DNA from: Acidovorax sp.
Lineage (GTDB): Bacteria; Pseudomonadota; Gammaproteobacteria; Burkholderiales; Burkholderiaceae_C
DNA: 64,000 bases
Direction of reading: 5' to 3'
Assembly: GCA_047601665.1 (NCBI GenBank)
Contig: JASGIT010000001.1
Span: 96,638 to 160,637, forward strand
Shown here: positions 1 through 12,868 of the stretch, piece by piece
How the letters are laid out: each line of letters opens with the position of its first letter
Numbering within the stretch: the stretch's first letter is position 1
Notes under the pieces: model-generated
The model's database searches: none
Told to the model about the DNA's origin: nothing
Seen by the model: only the letters and a program-made list of their open reading frames with translations
Position numbers and translations under genes: made by a program

Positions 1-1
1 C

Positions 2-769
2 CAGCCGCACCCCCTGGTTAAATTCCAGGCGATCAAGGAAAAGCCCTTCCAGACCGGGTTGATCCTGTATACGTTTTTCTATTACATCAGCAATGCGCTG
101 GGTTACCTGGTGTCGCGCCTGCTGGAGGGCGGGCTCGGTTATCCGGTCGAGAACACGGGGAATCTGGTCGGGTTTTCCGCCCTGGCGGCGCTGCCGCTGG
201 TGTTTCTCTATTTCAAGTATTCGCCCCTCATCGGCAACAAGAAATTCCTGATGATTCCGGGGTACATGATCACCATCCTGGTGTGCTTCTGGCTCTCGCG
301 GCTGCCGCCCGACGTCAGCACCAGCTGGCTGATCGGCCCGATGTTCCTGCGCGGCGCCCTGCTGCTCACCATGGCGCTGCCGGTCGGCGCGGCGGCCTTC
401 GGCATGTTCTCGGACGAGGAATACCACCACGGGTACCGCTTCAAGGGCATTTTGAAGCAGCTGACCTATTCGTTCTCCACGGCCACCATCATCATGCTCG
501 AACAGCACCGGGGCGCGCTGCACTATGCGCAGCTGGCCGAGGCGGTCACGCCGAGCAACCCGTCAGTGCAGCCCCTGCTCGACAGCATGACGGGCAGCTT
601 CATGGCCACCGGCCACAGCCTGGCCGAGGCCCATTCGCTGGCGCTGTTCAACATCTACGAAATGGTCGTCAAGCAGGCCAACCTGCTGAGCGTGCAGGAC
701 GGCTTCATCTACCTCGGCGCCATTGCCGTGGTGGCCGGCCTGTTCACCACCTGGCAACGGCATATCTGA
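2..769 (+). CDS. MFS transporter, EmrB/QacA (DHA2)-like, C-terminal part; 5' end lies outside the window
   Basis: The frame is open from nt 2 with no stop, ending at the stop at 767-769. It encodes multi-TM hydrophobic sequence resembling the last helices of 14-TM MFS exporters. Confidence 0.6.
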   Translation, partial: QPHPLVKFQAIKEKPFQTGLILYTFFYYISNALGYLVSRLLEGGLGYPVENTGNLVGFSALAALPLVFLYFKYSPLIGNKKFLMIPGYMITILVCFWLSRLPPDVSTSWLIGPMFLRGALLLTMALPVGAAAFGMFSDEEYHHGYRFKGILKQLTYSFSTATIIMLEQHRGALHYAQLAEAVTPSNPSVQPLLDSMTGSFMATGHSLAEAHSLALFNIYEMVVKQANLLSVQDGFIYLGAIAVVAGLFTTWQRHI

Positions 770-892
770 AGCACCCCCTGTGTCGCTTCGCTCCATCCCC
801 CTCGAGGGGGACGACGGCCTTTGCCGCGGGGCGGCCCTTGCTGGCCGTCCGCTGGCTTGGGCCGTGCCAGTTTTTGAGATGACGGAGCGTCG

Positions 893-2986
893 TCAGAAGC
901 GGTACGCGCCCGTCACCCCCAGCGTGGCGCTGCGGCCCGGCGCGGGCTCGAAGTAGCGCGCGTTGCCCTCGTTGACGATCACCGAGCCGATGTAGCGGCG
1001 GTTGAACAGGTTGTCCACGCGCACGAAGGCGTTGAACTCCCAGTGCTCCCACAGCTTGCGGTAGCCCGCGTGCAGCGCGGTCACGGCGTAGCCAGGGGCG
1101 CGGGCGGTGTTGGCGTCGTTGGCCTGGGTGTCCGCCAGGGCCGTCACTTCGACGCCCGCGCGCCAGCCCTGCGTCGGCATGTAGCCCGCGGCGGCGTAGA
1201 GCATTCGCGGCGCGATGCCGGGGATGCGGTTGCCTGCCGGCACCAGGCTGCCGCCGCCGCAAGGCGCGGGGGAGCAGAAGGCGTCGCGGTAGCGCGCGTT
1301 GATGGCGGTAAAGGCCAGCTGGGTGCGCCAGCCGCTCTGCGTTTCGTGCTGCCAGGCCAGTTCCGCGCCCTGGCGGCGCGTGCGGCCCGCGTTCTGGTAG
1401 GTGGAGCGGCCGCCGACGTTGGTGTTGGTGACGATCTCGTTGCCAGTGCCGGTCTGGAAGAGGGCCGCCGTCAGCAGCCCGCCGCCCACGCGGGCCTTGG
1501 CCCCCAGTTCCAGGCTGGTGTTGCTGGCCGCGCCCAGCGCCGTGTTCACGCCCGCGCCGGTGGTGCTGTAGGCCAGTTCATTGAGCGTGGGGGTCTCGTA
1601 GCCGCGCCCGGCCGCGGCGTAGAAGGCCAGGTCGCGCGTGGCCTGGTAGCGCAGCGCGGCAGTGGGCAGCCAGGCGCTGAAGCGGCGGTTCCAGCTGTCG
1701 TCGCCGTTGGAGCCGACGATGTAGTGGTCTTCGGAGTTGACCTTCACGCCGCTGCGGCGCAAGCCCGCCTCCAGCCGCCAGCGCTCGGCCACCTGCCATG
1801 CGGCCTGCACGTAGGGGTCGGCATTGCGCGCGGTGTTCTCCTCGTCGCGGCGCAGCGCGCCCTGCACGCCCAGGGTGGGGCCGATGAAGTTCTCGTAGCC
1901 GCGCCGGTGCTCGCGCAGGCCGTCGTAGGCCAGGCCCGCGGTCAACTCGAACGGGCGGCCCGCGAGTTGCGTCTGGCCGCTCCAGCGCAGGTCGAAGCCC
2001 GCGTACTGGCGGTTCAGGTCGATCACGCCGCCGGGGCTGAGGGGGTTGGCCTGGGTGCTGGCGGGAATGGACTGGAATTGCACCGTGCGCCGCTGGCCGC
2101 CGTAGGCCATCAGGCGCAGTTGCTGGCCGGCGTCGATGTGGTGCTCGTACAGCAGGCCGACCTGGCCCTGCTCCACGCTCTTGCGCGTGTCGTACTGCGT
2201 GGCGAGCGCGGCGCTGCGCGGGTCCTGGGCCACCTGCGCGGCGGTCAGGCCCATGGGGTCCTGCGCGTTGATGTGCACGTAGTTGGCGATCAGGCTCAGC
2301 TTGTCGCCGCCGCCCAGCGCCTGGGTGAGCTTGGCGTTGAACAGGTCGCGGTCGGCGGCGCCGTGGGCGCGCCAGCCGTCGGTGTGGAAGCTGCTGGCGC
2401 TGACGACGTAGCCCAGGTCGCCGCTGCTGCCGCTGAGTTCGACGCCGTTGCGCCGCGTGCCCCAGCTGCCGGTGGAGGAGGACGCCTCCAGCCGGGGCGG
2501 GCCGGAGCCGTCTTCGGTGAACACCTGCACCACGCCGCCCGAGGAGTTGCCGTACAGCGCCGAGAACGGGCCGCGCAGCACTTCCACGCGGTCGGCGGAG
2601 GCGATGTCGATGTTCGACGTCTGGCCCTGCCCGTCCGGCAGCGTGGCGGGAATGCCGTCCACGTACAGCCGCACGCCGCGCACGCCGAAGGTGGAGCGCG
2701 CGCCGAAGCCGCGCACGCTGAGTTGCAGGTCTTGCGCGTAGTTCTGCCGGTCGCGGATCTGCAGGCCGGGCACGCTGGCGAGGCTCTCGGACAGTTGCAC
2801 GCCGGGGCGGTCTTCGCGCATCCGGTCGCCATCCACGCGGTCGGCGGAACCCGCCGTGTCGAACAAAGGCTTGGCGCCGCCGGGGGTGGTCACCGTGACT
2901 TCGGGCAGCGCGGGGGTGGCGTCTTGCGCGTGGGCGGCCAAGGCGAGCAGCGCCGCGGCCACTGCCACGGCGGTTTTCTGGAACAT
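893..2986 (-). CDS. TonB-dependent outer-membrane receptor
   Basis: ATG at 2986 is preceded by GGAGA. Signal peptide MFQKTAVAVAAALLALAAHA. Plug motifs LQIRDRQNYAQDLQLSVRGFG and VEVLRGPFSALYGNSSGG. Terminal ...GAYRF. The listed 988-aa ORF is a spurious 5' extension across ligA. Confidence 0.9.
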   Translation of the reverse strand: MFQKTAVAVAAALLALAAHAQDATPALPEVTVTTPGGAKPLFDTAGSADRVDGDRMREDRPGVQLSESLASVPGLQIRDRQNYAQDLQLSVRGFGARSTFGVRGVRLYVDGIPATLPDGQGQTSNIDIASADRVEVLRGPFSALYGNSSGGVVQVFTEDGSGPPRLEASSSTGSWGTRRNGVELSGSSGDLGYVVSASSFHTDGWRAHGAADRDLFNAKLTQALGGGDKLSLIANYVHINAQDPMGLTAAQVAQDPRSAALATQYDTRKSVEQGQVGLLYEHHIDAGQQLRLMAYGGQRRTVQFQSIPASTQANPLSPGGVIDLNRQYAGFDLRWSGQTQLAGRPFELTAGLAYDGLREHRRGYENFIGPTLGVQGALRRDEENTARNADPYVQAAWQVAERWRLEAGLRRSGVKVNSEDHYIVGSNGDDSWNRRFSAWLPTAALRYQATRDLAFYAAAGRGYETPTLNELAYSTTGAGVNTALGAASNTSLELGAKARVGGGLLTAALFQTGTGNEIVTNTNVGGRSTYQNAGRTRRQGAELAWQHETQSGWRTQLAFTAINARYRDAFCSPAPCGGGSLVPAGNRIPGIAPRMLYAAAGYMPTQGWRAGVEVTALADTQANDANTARAPGYAVTALHAGYRKLWEHWEFNAFVRVDNLFNRRYIGSVIVNEGNARYFEPAPGRSATLGVTGAYRF

Positions 2987-3042
2987 GGGGTTTGTCTCCT
3001 TTTGGAACAGGCGGGGAATACCTGTTCTTTTGCAGGCAAGAG

Positions 3043-5601
<2,559 letters not shown>

Positions 5602-5605
<4 letters not shown>

Positions 5606-6735
5606 GAAAACAAGCGCCGCGCCAGCGCCGAGCCCGCCGAGAGTTCGCGGCTGTCGAGCTTGTCGTACAGCTGCTCCAGGTCGGTCACGATGGGCTCCAT
5701 CGCCATCGCGGGCAGCGGGGTGCCGTTCTGGTCGCACAGCGCGGCGTCCATCACCTGGCACAGGGCGGCGGCCACTTCGCGCAGGCGGTTGAAGGGCTGT
5801 TCCGCGCGGTCTACCTGCGGAATGTCCAGGCTCAGGGCGATGTCGCGGATGGCGGACTGGTCGGGGTCTTCGGATAGCGCGGCCTGGGTGTCGTAGAACA
5901 GGGTGAACAGCGGCGGCAGGCCCGGCGCGGATGCGGGCAGCACCAGGCGGCCCGGCACGGCGCCCAGCACGAAGCCCTGCCGCTGCGCGCACTGCTGCAC
6001 GTAGCCGGGGCTCCACGCCGCCACGCGGGCGCGCAGCAGGAAGGACAGCTGCGCGTCATGCTCGCTGGCGAACTGGTCGAGTTCGCGCGCGCGGGCCACT
6101 TCCTGGAGCATGTCGGGAAAATCTGGCGCGGCGTTGATCGCATCGGCGAATGCCTGGGTCTTGACGACGAATTCCGAGAATTCGATCTCGTTGAGCGCGC
6201 CCATGCGGTTGGCCAGCTGCACCCCCGCCTGGAACTGGGTGTAGCGCTGGCCGGGCTGGGGCGGCTCCCACTGCTGGGTGTCCTGGTTCAGCCCTTCGAC
6301 CGCAAAGGGCTTGGTGCCCGCGCGGCGCGTGGGCGGCAGCGCGGCGATGGCGGCGTCGCCCGAGGCCACGCCCTCGATATTGAGCGTGGCGATCACGTCG
6401 ATGAGCGGGTCGAGGCCGGGCCGGGCGGCCTGCGTGCTGCTGGCGCTCGGCAGCGGCGGCAGCGCGTCGGCGGTCAGCGTGGGCTCGATCGCGGACTCCA
6501 GGGGGCCGCCGGCGGGCGGCGCGAGGCCGGTGTCGAACGAGGGCTCCTGCCGCAGCGCGGGTTCCGCCGCCGCAGGGGCGGCTACAGGGGCCTGGGCCTG
6601 TTGCGCCGCGCCGTCCTGCGGCGGCGGCTCCGCGCGCCGGGGCGTGTTGCGGCGGGTGATCCAGGCGTTGTAGCCCACGACGACGGCCAGCACCACGCCG
6701 CCGATGATTGCCAAGCTCAGTTGCAAGGTACTCAT
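5602..6735 (-). CDS. zipA: cell division protein ZipA
   Basis: N-terminal TM anchor MSTLQLSLAIIGGVVLAVVVGYNAW, Pro/Ala-rich linker, globular C-terminal domain. Classical position between smc and ligA. Confidence 0.85.
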
Positions 6736-6748
6736 ATTCGAATTCTTG

Positions 6749-9700
6749 TTAAACCTCTGCCATGGAAAGCGCGGACTCCATGTCCACCGCCACGATGCGC
6801 GACACGCCCTGCTCCTGCATGGTCACGCCGATGAGTTGCCGGGCCATCTCCATCGCGATTTTGTTATGGCTGATGAACAGGAACTGCGTGCCGCCGCTCA
6901 TGTGCGACACGAGTTTGGCGTAGCGCTCGGTGTTGGCATCATCCAGCGGCGCGTCCACCTCGTCCAGCAGGCAGAACGGCGCGGGGTTGAGCTGGAAGAT
7001 GGCGAACACCAGCGCGATGGCGGTGAGCGCCTTTTCGCCGCCCGAGAGCAGGTGGATGGTCTGGTTCTTCTTGCCGGGCGGCTGGGCCATGACCTGCACG
7101 CCCGCGTCCAGGATTTCGTCGCCCGTCATGATGAGCCGGGCCTGCCCGCCGCCGAACAGTTCGGGGAACATGCGGCCGAAGTGGCCGTTCACGGTCTCGA
7201 AGGTGCCCGAGAGCAGTTCGCGCGTTTCGCCGTCGATCTTCTGGATGGCGGCTTCGAGCGTGTTCATGGCCAGCGTCAGGTCTTCGGTCTGCGCGTCGAG
7301 GAAGGTCTTGCGCTCGCGCGCGAGCGTCAATTCCTCCAGCGCGGCAAGGTTGACCGCGCCCAGGGCCGCGATCTCGCGGTGCAGGCGGTCGATCTCGCTT
7401 TGCAGGCCGTGGGCGCGCACGTTGTTTTCGGCAATCGACTGGGCGACCGCGGCAAGGTCGGCCCCCGCGTCGGCCAGCAGGCTGGCGTACTGCTCCAGGC
7501 CCAGGCGCGCGGCCTGCTCTTTCAGCTGGAAATCGGTGATGCGCTGGCGCAGCGGGTCGAGCGCGCGCTCGGTGGCCATGCGGCGCTCGTCGCTGGCGCG
7601 CAGCTGGGCCGTGAGGCCGTCGTATTCGCTGCGCCGCGCGGCCAGGGCTTTTTCGCGCTCCATCTTCAGGGCCAGCGCGTCCTGCAGGCCGCCTTGCGCG
7701 GCGGCGTCGGACAGGCGCGATTGCTCGTCGCGCGCGCGCTGTTCCTCGTCGGCCAGGGCGCGCGCTTGGCTGCTGGCGGTCTCGATGGTGCGCGAGAGTT
7801 CGCCGCGCCGCGCATCCAGGCTGCGCTGCGAGAAGGCGGCCTCCTGCGCCTGCCGCTCCAGCGTGCGCTGCTGCTCGCGGCATTCGGCCAGCTTGCGCTC
7901 GGCGGCGATCACGTGGTCGCCCAGCTGCGCCTCGCGCTCCTGGCTGTCGGCCAGTTGCATGTCGAGTTCCTCGAAGCGCGCCTCGGCGGCCACGCGGCGC
8001 TCCTGCAGGTCGGCCAGTTGCGCCTCGACCTCGGCCATGTCCGCGCCGATCTGCGCGCCGCGCGCGCGGGCCTGTTCGGCCTGCTGCGACAGGCGCAGGG
8101 TCTCGACCTGCAGCGCGTGCGCGCGGGCCTGGGTGTCGGTGGCTTCGCGGCGGGCGGCGGCCAGGCGCTGCGCGCCGTCGGCATACGCGGCCTCGGCGCG
8201 CACCAGGGCGGCGCGCGCTTCCTCGACGATCAGGGCCTGGGCACGCAGTTCCTTGTCCAGGTGCTCGATTTCCTGCGCGCGGGCGAGCAGGCCCGATTGC
8301 TCGGAGTCCTGCGCGTAGAAGCCCACGCTGTGCGGCCCCACGGCGTGGCCGGTGGGCACGTAGATGGTTTCGCCGGGCTGGAGCTGGCCGCGCTGGGCCA
8401 GGGCTTCATCCAGCGTGGGCGCGGTGTAGCAGCCGTGCAGCCAGCCCGCGATGACGGCCATGAGACCCGCGTCCTGCACGCGCAGCAGGTCGGACAGGCG
8501 CGGCAGCGCGGAGGCGTTCCGGGGCGTGGCTTCCGTGGCAGGGCTGAAAAAGGCCAGCCGCGCGGGCGGCGCGCCGGTGGCGAGAAAACCGCGCACCATG
8601 TCCAGCCGCCCGACTTCCAGCGCGCCCATGCGCTCGCGCAGCGCGGCTTCAAGGGCGTTTTCCCAGCCGGGTTCGATGTGGATGCGGCTCCACAGCCCTT
8701 GCAGGCCGTCGAGGCCATGCTGTGCCAGCCAGGGCTGGAGTTTGCCGTCCACCTTCACCTTGTCTTGCAGCGCGCGCAGCGCTTCGAGCCGCGCGGCCAG
8801 TTCGGACTGGCGCGCGCCCTCGGCGTTCACGGCCTGCTGGCGGGCGCGGCGCTCTTCGTCGCGCTGGGGCACGGCGTCCTGCAGTTCGACGTGGCGGGCT
8901 TCGGCTTCCTCGGCGGCCTCCTGTGCGGCGGCCAGCTGCTCCTGCAGGTCGGCCAGGCGGGCTTCGTCGGGCGCGGCCAGGGCATTGCGGTCGGCGCGCA
9001 GGCGCTCGAAGCGGGCGTCCTGCTGGCGGGCCTGCTCGTCGATGCTGCGCTGCTCTGCGGCCAGCACCTGGATTTGCTGCTGCACCTGCACCACCGCGCC
9101 GCGCTGTTCGGCGGCGCGCGACTGGGCCTGGCGCAGCGCGTCTTCCAGGTCGGGCAGTTGCGCGGCTTGTTCTTCCACTTGCGCCGCGAGCAGCATGGCC
9201 TGTTCTTCGGCGTCCACGCCCGCGCCGGCCAGGTGTTCTATCTCGCCCTCGGCCTCTTCCTTGCGGGCGGCCCATTGCACGATCTGCTCGGCCAGCTGCG
9301 CCAGGCGCTGCTCCACGCGCTGGCGGCCCTCGACCACGTAGCGGATTTCGGCTTCGAGCTTGCCCACCTCCGCCGTGGCTTCGTAGAGCTGGCCCTGGGC
9401 CTGGTTGACCTGGTCGCCCGCCGCGTAGTGGTTCTGGCGGATGGCTTCGAGGTCGGCCTCCACGCGGCGCAGGTCGGCCATACGCGCTTCCAGGTCGTTC
9501 ACGGCCTGCAGGCCCTCGGTGCGCACCTTGTCCTGGTCGGCCTCGGCGTCCTGCTTCTTCAGGAACCAGAGCTGGTGCTGCTTGAGCGTAACGTCGGCGT
9601 GCAGCGCGTTGTATTGGGCGGCCACCTCGGCCTGGCGTTCGAGCTTGTCGAGGTTGGCGTTCAGCTCGCGCAGGATGTCTTCCACGCGCGTGAGGTTCTC

Positions 9701-10264
9701 GCGCGTGTCGGCCAGGCGGTTCTCGGTCTCGCGCCGGCGCTCCTTGTATTTGGAGACGCCCGCCGCCTCTTCGAGGAACAGCCGCAGCTCCTCGGGCCGC
9801 GACTCGATGATGCGGCTGATGGTGCCCTGCCCGATGATGGCGTAGGCGCGCGGCCCCAGGCCCGTACCCAGGAACACGTCCTGCACGTCGCGGCGGCGCA
9901 CGGGCTGGTTGTTGATGTAGTAGCTGCTGTTGCCGTCGCGGGTCAGCACGCGCTTGACGGCGATCTCGGTGAACTGGCTCCACTGGCCGCCCGCGCGGTG
10001 GTCGGCGTTGTCGAACACCAGCTCCACCGACGCGCGCGAAGCGGGCTTGCGGCTGGTGGTGCCGTTGAAGATCACGTCCTGCATGGACTCGCCGCGCAGC
10101 TCGCTGGCCTTGCTCTCGCCCAGCACCCAGCGCACGGCGTCCATGATGTTGGACTTGCCGCAGCCGTTCGGCCCCACCACGCCCACCAGCTGGCCGGGCA
10201 GCATGAAGTTGGTGGGCTCGGCGAAGGATTTGAAGCCGGAGAGCTTGATGGAGTTGAGGCGCAC
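6749..10264 (-). CDS. smc: chromosome segregation protein SMC
   Basis: Walker A GPNGCGKSN, long coiled coils with hinge, signature LSGGEKALTA, Walker B FCLLDEVDAPLD. GTG at 10264 gives the canonical N-terminus VRLNSIKLSGFKSF. An upstream ATG at 10336 is an alternative start. Confidence 0.93.
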   Translation of the reverse strand: MRLNSIKLSGFKSFAEPTNFMLPGQLVGVVGPNGCGKSNIMDAVRWVLGESKASELRGESMQDVIFNGTTSRKPASRASVELVFDNADHRAGGQWSQFTEIAVKRVLTRDGNSSYYINNQPVRRRDVQDVFLGTGLGPRAYAIIGQGTISRIIESRPEELRLFLEEAAGVSKYKERRRETENRLADTRENLTRVEDILRELNANLDKLERQAEVAAQYNALHADVTLKQHQLWFLKKQDAEADQDKVRTEGLQAVNDLEARMADLRRVEADLEAIRQNHYAAGDQVNQAQGQLYEATAEVGKLEAEIRYVVEGRQRVEQRLAQLAEQIVQWAARKEEAEGEIEHLAGAGVDAEEQAMLLAAQVEEQAAQLPDLEDALRQAQSRAAEQRGAVVQVQQQIQVLAAEQRSIDEQARQQDARFERLRADRNALAAPDEARLADLQEQLAAAQEAAEEAEARHVELQDAVPQRDEERRARQQAVNAEGARQSELAARLEALRALQDKVKVDGKLQPWLAQHGLDGLQGLWSRIHIEPGWENALEAALRERMGALEVGRLDMVRGFLATGAPPARLAFFSPATEATPRNASALPRLSDLLRVQDAGLMAVIAGWLHGCYTAPTLDEALAQRGQLQPGETIYVPTGHAVGPHSVGFYAQDSEQSGLLARAQEIEHLDKELRAQALIVEEARAALVRAEAAYADGAQRLAAARREATDTQARAHALQVETLRLSQQAEQARARGAQIGADMAEVEAQLADLQERRVAAEARFEELDMQLADSQEREAQLGDHVIAAERKLAECREQQRTLERQAQEAAFSQRSLDARRGELSRTIETASSQARALADEEQRARDEQSRLSDAAAQGGLQDALALKMEREKALAARRSEYDGLTAQLRASDERRMATERALDPLRQRITDFQLKEQAARLGLEQYASLLADAGADLAAVAQSIAENNVRAHGLQSEIDRLHREIAALGAVNLAALEELTLARERKTFLDAQTEDLTLAMNTLEAAIQKIDGETRELLSGTFETVNGHFGRMFPELFGGGQARLIMTGDEILDAGVQVMAQPPGKKNQTIHLLSGGEKALTAIALVFAIFQLNPAPFCLLDEVDAPLDDANTERYAKLVSHMSGGTQFLFISHNKIAMEMARQLIGVTMQEQGVSRIVAVDMESALSMAEV

Positions 10265-10440
10265 GGGGCTGGCGGAGGGCGGCGGCCCAGGAGAGAGAGG
10301 CCCGAATGATACCGTGCGGCCAGGGCAGCGGCCCATGCCCCTTTTCCAAGACTGAAAACTGCCGCCAGCGCTCTACCGGCCTGCGCAAGCAGCTATGAAA
10401 TCAAGAGTACATCAGGCCGGATTGCTTACATGGGAGAGGG

Positions 10441-10887
10441 TCATGCGGCTTCCTCTTCAAGAAACGTCTCGGCGCTTACCAGGCAAGCGCTGGAAGCTAT
10501 TGTTTTGATAGTCAACGGCGCGCCGGCGGGCTCGATGGCCATCTCGTCCGGCACCGTGCCGGACCCGCGCTGGCGGCGGCGCCACTGCCAGCGCCGGCGC
10601 GCCGCGATGCACGCCACCAGCCCGCAGCCGGCCAGGTTGACGAGCGAGATGAGCAGGAAGAACAGGTCGGACACCACCAGCGTGCCGTAGAGCACCGCCA
10701 TGCCGTTGGCCACCACCCACGACCCCCAGGTCACCAGCGACACCGCCTGGGCGCCGTCGTGGCAGCGCCAGACGACGACGATCTGCGGCAGGTAGGTGAA
10801 CACGCGCACCGCGTTGGTCAGCAGGTAGCCCCAGGCGATGACCGCCTGCCAGGCGCCGGCGTCGGTAGTGAGGTTCAAGCCGTGCAT
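10441..10887 (-). CDS. PQ-loop / SemiSWEET-like small membrane protein with a charged C-terminal tail
   Basis: Three predicted TM helices with the PQ motif (FTYLPQIVVVW), followed by an RRRWQWRRRQR tail. Confidence 0.55.
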   Translation of the reverse strand: MHGLNLTTDAGAWQAVIAWGYLLTNAVRVFTYLPQIVVVWRCHDGAQAVSLVTWGSWVVANGMAVLYGTLVVSDLFFLLISLVNLAGCGLVACIAARRRWQWRRRQRGSGTVPDEMAIEPAGAPLTIKTIASSACLVSAETFLEEEAA

Positions 10888-10978
10888 CGGATGCCATGCC
10901 CTGTTGTTGTTTGAAGGGTGACTCTAGGCAGCGCGGCGCCCACGCGCCATGCCGCGTGGGCGCGATGGGATACCGTGT

Positions 10979-12868
10979 TCACGGGATGGCGGGGCCGGCG
11001 CCGGCCGGGGGCAGCGGCAGCTCCAGCCGCACGCGCGCGCCGTGCGGCGTGAAGTCCACCGCCAACCGGCCGCCGAGCTGGCGGGCGCGCTCCTGCATGT
11101 TGCGCAGGCCGCGCCCGCTGGCGCCCTCGGATGCGGCGGCGGGCGCGGCGCGCCCGTCGTCCTCGATGGCCAGCCACAGCGCGCCGCCCTGCTGGCGCAC
11201 GTACACGCGCACCTGCGTGGCGCGCGCGTGCTTGAGCACGTTGGTCAGCGCCTCCTGGGCGATGCGCAGCAGTTGCAGCACGTCCTGCGGCTTCATCGGC
11301 GGCGCGCCGTCGGGCACGTCGATGGTCCAGGCCGGGCGCACGCCGGCGTCTTCCAGCACGCTCTGCCAGCGGAACAGGAAGTTGCCGAGGGCGGTGCGCA
11401 GGTCGTGGTCCTCGGGCATCAGGGCGTCGATGGCCAGACGCATGTCGGCGATGCAGCCGCGCAGCGCCTCGGCGATCTGCGGCGCGTCCATGTCGCCGCG
11501 CTCCACGCGCGAGAGCGAGGTGAACAGGCGCGAACCCAGGCCGTCGTGCAGCTCGCGCATGATGCGCTGGCGCTCGCCCGCCGCGGCGTGCTCCTGCCGC
11601 AGCGCGGCCATGCGCTCGAAGTTGGCGGCCAGGGCGCGTTCGCGGTCGGCCACGCGCGCTTCGAGCGTCTGGTTCAGGTCCTGCAGCGCGCTCACCGCAT
11701 GAATGAAGCGCGCCGTGAGCAGCCCGCCCATGGCCAGCAGCACCAGGTTGGCGCTGTGGTGCAGCAGGAAGATGCGCTGGTGCGCCCATTGCGGCAGCGC
11801 GCGGACCAAGGCCCCTTCGCCCCAGGCCAGCATGTAGTCGTGCACGCCGGCCAGCACGGCCAGGCCCAGCGCCGCCGGCAGCACGGCGGAGGCCCAGGTG
11901 CGCTGCCGCACCACGGTGCAGATGCCGAGGCCGAGGATGCCCAGGCCGATGGGGATCAGCGCCGCGCTCCACACGCGGTTGACCAGTTCTTCGGCGCCCT
12001 GGCCCGCCAGCAGCAGCCACAGCGGGCCGACGACGCCAAAGGCCAGCAGCCCCCGCTCCAGCCCCACGCGGCGGATGCCCGCCAGACGCAGTGAGAAGAT
12101 GGCCAGCACGACGATGAAGCCGCTGGTGGCGCCCAGGTAGGCCACGCGCCAGAGGTGCCACCAGGCGGCCGGCATCTGCCTGAGGACAAAGGTCAGCGTG
12201 CGCACGCCCCACAGCGCCGCCGCGATGCCGAACAGGCCATACAGCAATTCCCCCGGCCGCCGCCACCAGATGAACAGCACCAGCGCCGCCACCAACATGC
12301 ACACTACGGCGCTGACCTGGGGCACGGTCTGGGTCCAGAACAGGCGCTGGTCATAACGGGGCATCAGCTCGCGGGTCGGCCCCACCTGCGGCTGCGGGGC
12401 GCGCAGCACAGGGCGCACGGGGCCGGCGGCCACGCGCAGCGCCAGTTCGTTGGCGCCCGGGTGCAGCACGCCGCCCGACAGGCCGAGCAGGTGCGGGCCT
12501 TCCCACATCACGCGCACCTGGCCGTCGTTCTCGCGCACGTCGCCCACCAGCACGCCGTTGAGCCAGACCTGCCCGCCCTGGTAAAGGTAGGGCAGGTACA
12601 CGGCCCAGCTCTGCTGAAGCGGCGCGTCCGGGGGCAAGTCGAAATGCCCGCGATACCAGCGCACCGGCCCGCTGCCGCCGGTGGCGGCCACGTGGTCGAT
12701 GTCGGGCATCGGCACCTCAGTGCCGACCAGGGCAGGCGGCGGCAGGCTGCGCGCGTCGGTGGCGAGCCGCTCCATGCGCGGCAGCGTGGCGATGGCGGCC
12801 TGCGCGAGCGGCGCGAGCACGCCCAGCCATAGGGCGGCGAGCGCGGACAGCCAGCGCCGCGCGCTCAC
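10979..12868 (-). CDS. 7TMR-DISM-type sensor histidine kinase (HisKA_3 / NarX class)
   Basis: Signal peptide, periplasmic domain (VRWYRGHFDLPPDAP...VWLNGVLVG), about 7 TM helices, H-box MRELHDGLGS, N-box EALTNVLKHA, G-box GRGLRNMQERA. Its GTG start overlaps the stop of the upstream response regulator (GTGA). Confidence 0.88.
   Translation of the reverse strand: MSARRWLSALAALWLGVLAPLAQAAIATLPRMERLATDARSLPPPALVGTEVPMPDIDHVAATGGSGPVRWYRGHFDLPPDAPLQQSWAVYLPYLYQGGQVWLNGVLVGDVRENDGQVRVMWEGPHLLGLSGGVLHPGANELALRVAAGPVRPVLRAPQPQVGPTRELMPRYDQRLFWTQTVPQVSAVVCMLVAALVLFIWWRRPGELLYGLFGIAAALWGVRTLTFVLRQMPAAWWHLWRVAYLGATSGFIVVLAIFSLRLAGIRRVGLERGLLAFGVVGPLWLLLAGQGAEELVNRVWSAALIPIGLGILGLGICTVVRQRTWASAVLPAALGLAVLAGVHDYMLAWGEGALVRALPQWAHQRIFLLHHSANLVLLAMGGLLTARFIHAVSALQDLNQTLEARVADRERALAANFERMAALRQEHAAAGERQRIMRELHDGLGSRLFTSLSRVERGDMDAPQIAEALRGCIADMRLAIDALMPEDHDLRTALGNFLFRWQSVLEDAGVRPAWTIDVPDGAPPMKPQDVLQLLRIAQEALTNVLKHARATQVRVYVRQQGGALWLAIEDDGRAAPAAASEGASGRGLRNMQERARQLGGRLAVDFTPHGARVRLELPLPPAGAGPAIP

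Noticed and set aside
804-822. Palindrome CCCCCTCGAGGGGG between the convergent MFS and TonB-receptor genes, considered as a bidirectional terminator. A similar hairpin lies at 3004-3030 between ligA and the receptor gene.
   Set aside because: The stems are short. The first has no flanking T-tract, and the second has its T-tract on the strand without a transcribed gene. Too weak to annotate.
6704-10309. 1201-aa plus-strand ORF covering the whole smc locus. Similar giant antisense or out-of-frame ORFs occur at 1043-3175, 16204-17169, 17173-19428, 18735-20330, 22703-24997, 24742-26556, 24998-26422, 26884-28665, 28479-30770 and 31307-32878.
   Set aside because: Their translations are low-complexity Arg/Ala/Gly/His-rich strings with no motifs. 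Each lies opposite or out of frame to a gene with unambiguous family signatures. This is the usual stop-codon-poor artefact of very GC-rich DNA.
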